Assembly: GCF_009914755.1 (NCBI RefSeq)
Contig: NC_060926.1
Source: the human T2T-CHM13v2.0 reference genome, Homo sapiens
Reading direction: 5' to 3' (one strand)
DNA length: 64,000 bases
Below are positions 59,894 to 64,000 of the stretch, piece after piece; positions within the stretch are counted from its first letter, which is position 1, and every line of letters starts with the position of its first letter. Position numbers and translations under genes: made by a program. The notes beneath the pieces were generated by a model. The model had not been told where the DNA came from and ran no database searches. It saw only the letters and a list, made by a program, of their open reading frames with translations.

Positions 59894-60801
59894 GGGGAGG
59901 AGCCAAGATGGCCGAATAGGAACAGCTCCGGTCTACAGCTCCCAGCGTGAGCGACGCAGAAGACGGGTGATTTCTGCATTTCCATCTGAGGTACCGGGTT
60001 CATCTCACTAGGGAGTGCCAGACAGTGAGCGCAGGTCATTGGGTGCATGCACCGTGCACGAGCCGAAGCAGGGCGAGGCATTGCCTCACTTGGGAAGTGC
60101 AAGGGGTCAGGGAGTTCCCTTTCCGAGTCAAAGAAAGGGGTGACGGACACACCTGGAAAATCGGGTCACTCCCACTCGAATATTGCGCTTTTCGGACCGG
60201 CTTAAAAAACGGTGCACCACAAGATTATATCCCACACCTGGCTCGGAGGATCCTACGCCCGCGGAGTCTCGCTGATTGCTAGCACAGCAGTCTGAGATCA
60301 AACTGCAAGGCGGCAGCCAGGCTGGGGGAGGGGCGCCCGCCATTGCCCAGGCTTGCTTAGGTAAACAAAGCAGCCTGGAAGCTCGAACTGGGTGGAGCCC
60401 ACCACAGCTCAAGGAGGCCTGCCTGCCTCTGTAGGCTCCACCTCTGGGGGCAGGGCACAGACAAACAAAAAGACAGCAGTAGTAACCTCTGCACACTTAA
60501 ATGTCCCTGTCTGACAGCTTTGAAGAGAGCAGTGGTTCTCCCAGCACGCAGCTGGATATCTGAGAATGGGCAGACTGCCTCCTCAAGTGGGTCCCTGACC
60601 CCTGACCCCCGAGCAGCCTAACTGGGAGGCACCCCCCAGCAGGGGCACACTGACACCTCACACGGCAGGGTATTCCAACAGACCTGCAGCTGAGGGTTCT
60701 GTCTGTTAGAAGGAAAACTAACAAACAGAAAGGACATCCACACCAAAAACCCATCTGTACATCACCATCATCAAAGACCAAAAGTAGATAAAACCACAAA
60801 G
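59894..60801 (+). promoter_or_regulatory. L1 5'UTR internal sense promoter and antisense promoter (CpG-rich, YY1 site intact)
   Basis: YY1 motif CAAGATGGCCG at ~59904-59914; the most CpG-dense extended stretch in the window. Confidence 0.85.
60128..60343 (-). CDS. ORF0: L1 ORF0 protein, intact 71 aa
   Basis: MAGAPPPAWLPPCSLISDCCASNQRDSAGVGSSEPGVGYNLVVHRFLSRSEKRNIRVGVTRFSRCVRHPFL*, ATG context GCAATGG; expression not shown. Confidence 0.75.
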   Translation of the reverse strand: MAGAPPPAWLPPCSLISDCCASNQRDSAGVGSSEPGVGYNLVVHRFLSRSEKRNIRVGVTRFSRCVRHPFL

Positions 60802-61805
60802 ATGGGGAAAAAACAGAACAGAAAAACTGGAAACTCTAAAACGCAGAGCGCCTCTCCTCCTCCAAAGGAACGCAGTTCCTCACCAGCAACGGAACAAAGC
60901 TGGATGGAGAATGACTTTGACGAGCTGAGAGAAGAAGGCTTCAGACGATCAAATTACTCTGAGCTACGGGAGGACATTCAAACCAAAGGCAAAGAAGTTG
61001 AAAACTTTGAAAAAACTTTAGAAGAATGTATAACTAGAATAACCAATACAGAGAAGTGCTTAAAGGAGCTGATGGAGCTGAAAACCAAGGCTCGAGAACT
61101 ACGTGAAGAATGCAGAAGCCTCAAGAGCCGATGCAATCAACTGGAAGAAAGGGTATCAGCGATGGAAGATGAAATGAATGAAATGAAGCGAGAAGGGAAG
61201 TTTAGAGAAAAAAGAATAAAAAGAAATGAGCAAAACCTCCAAGAAATATGGGACTATGTGAAAAGACCAAATCTACGTCTGAAAGTGATGGAGAGAATGG
61301 AACCAAGTTGGAAAACACTCTGCAGGATATTATCCAGGAGAACTTCCCCAATCTAGCAAGGCAGGCCAACGTTCAGATTCAGGAAATACAGAGAACGCCA
61401 CAAAGATACTCCTCGAGAAGAGCAACTCCAAGACACATAATTGTCAGATTCACCGAAGTTGAAATGAAGGAAAAAATGTTAAGGGCAGCCAGAGAGAAAG
61501 GTCAGGTTACCCTCAAAGGGAAGCCCATCAGACTAACAGCGGATCTCTCAGCAGAAACCCTGCAAGCCAGAAGGGAGTGGGGGCCAATATTCAACATTCT
61601 TAAAGAAAAGAATTTTCAACCCAGAATTTCATATCCAGCCAAACTAAGCTTCATAAGTGAAGGAGAAATAAAATACTTTACAGACAAGCAAATGCTGAGA
61701 GATTTTGTCACCACCAGGCCTGCCCTAAAAGAGCTCCTGAAGGAAGCGCTAAACATGGAAAGGAACAACTGGTACCAGCCGCTGCAAAATCATGCCAAAA
61801 TGTAA
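60802..61805 (+). pseudogene. L1 ORF1 with 13-bp frameshift deletion
   Basis: MGKKQNRKTGNSK... split into ORFs 60802-61356 and 61248-61805 at 'ctacgtctga|aagtg'. Confidence 0.95.
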
Positions 61806-61841
61806 AGACCATCGAGACTAGGAAGCAACTGCATCAACTAA

Positions 61842-64000
<2,159 letters not shown>

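Noticed and set aside
59894-60460. CpG island as a host gene promoter
   Set aside because: Entirely explained by the L1 5'UTR.

Overview
AT-rich (~40% GC by eye), CpG-depleted primate genomic DNA. It is most likely human or great ape, given an AluY and an L1 lacking the 129-bp ZNF93 segment. I recognise no host protein-coding exon, tRNA, rRNA or CRISPR array, so the window reads as intergenic or deep-intronic. Much of it is interspersed repeat: a full-length but dead L1PA5-like element on the minus strand (15648-21796), a young L1PA2/L1PA3-like element on the plus strand running off the right edge (59894-64000; ORF1 and ORF2 broken, ORF0 intact), 12 Alus, several 5'-truncated L1s, MaLR/ERVL solo LTRs, MER6 and hAT DNA transposon remnants, and MIR/L2 fragments. 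The longest ORFs in the supplied track are L1- or Alu-derived, and the rest resemble no protein I recognise. The most interesting observations are: (1) a MER41 LTR piece that looks like an L1-retrotransposed, polyadenylated ERV transcript with a TSD and an intact GAS motif; (2) an old ~127-bp non-tandem duplication of unique sequence 1 kb apart; (3) an intact 71-aa ORF0 with splice donors aimed at unique flanking DNA; (4) two L1 5'UTRs facing each other across 38 kb, one with and one without the ZNF93 segment; (5) repeat-poor, motif-dense candidate enhancers. I find no convincing evidence of a wholly new biological system. Subfamily calls come from remembered consensus sequences, and boundaries of old repeats are approximate.
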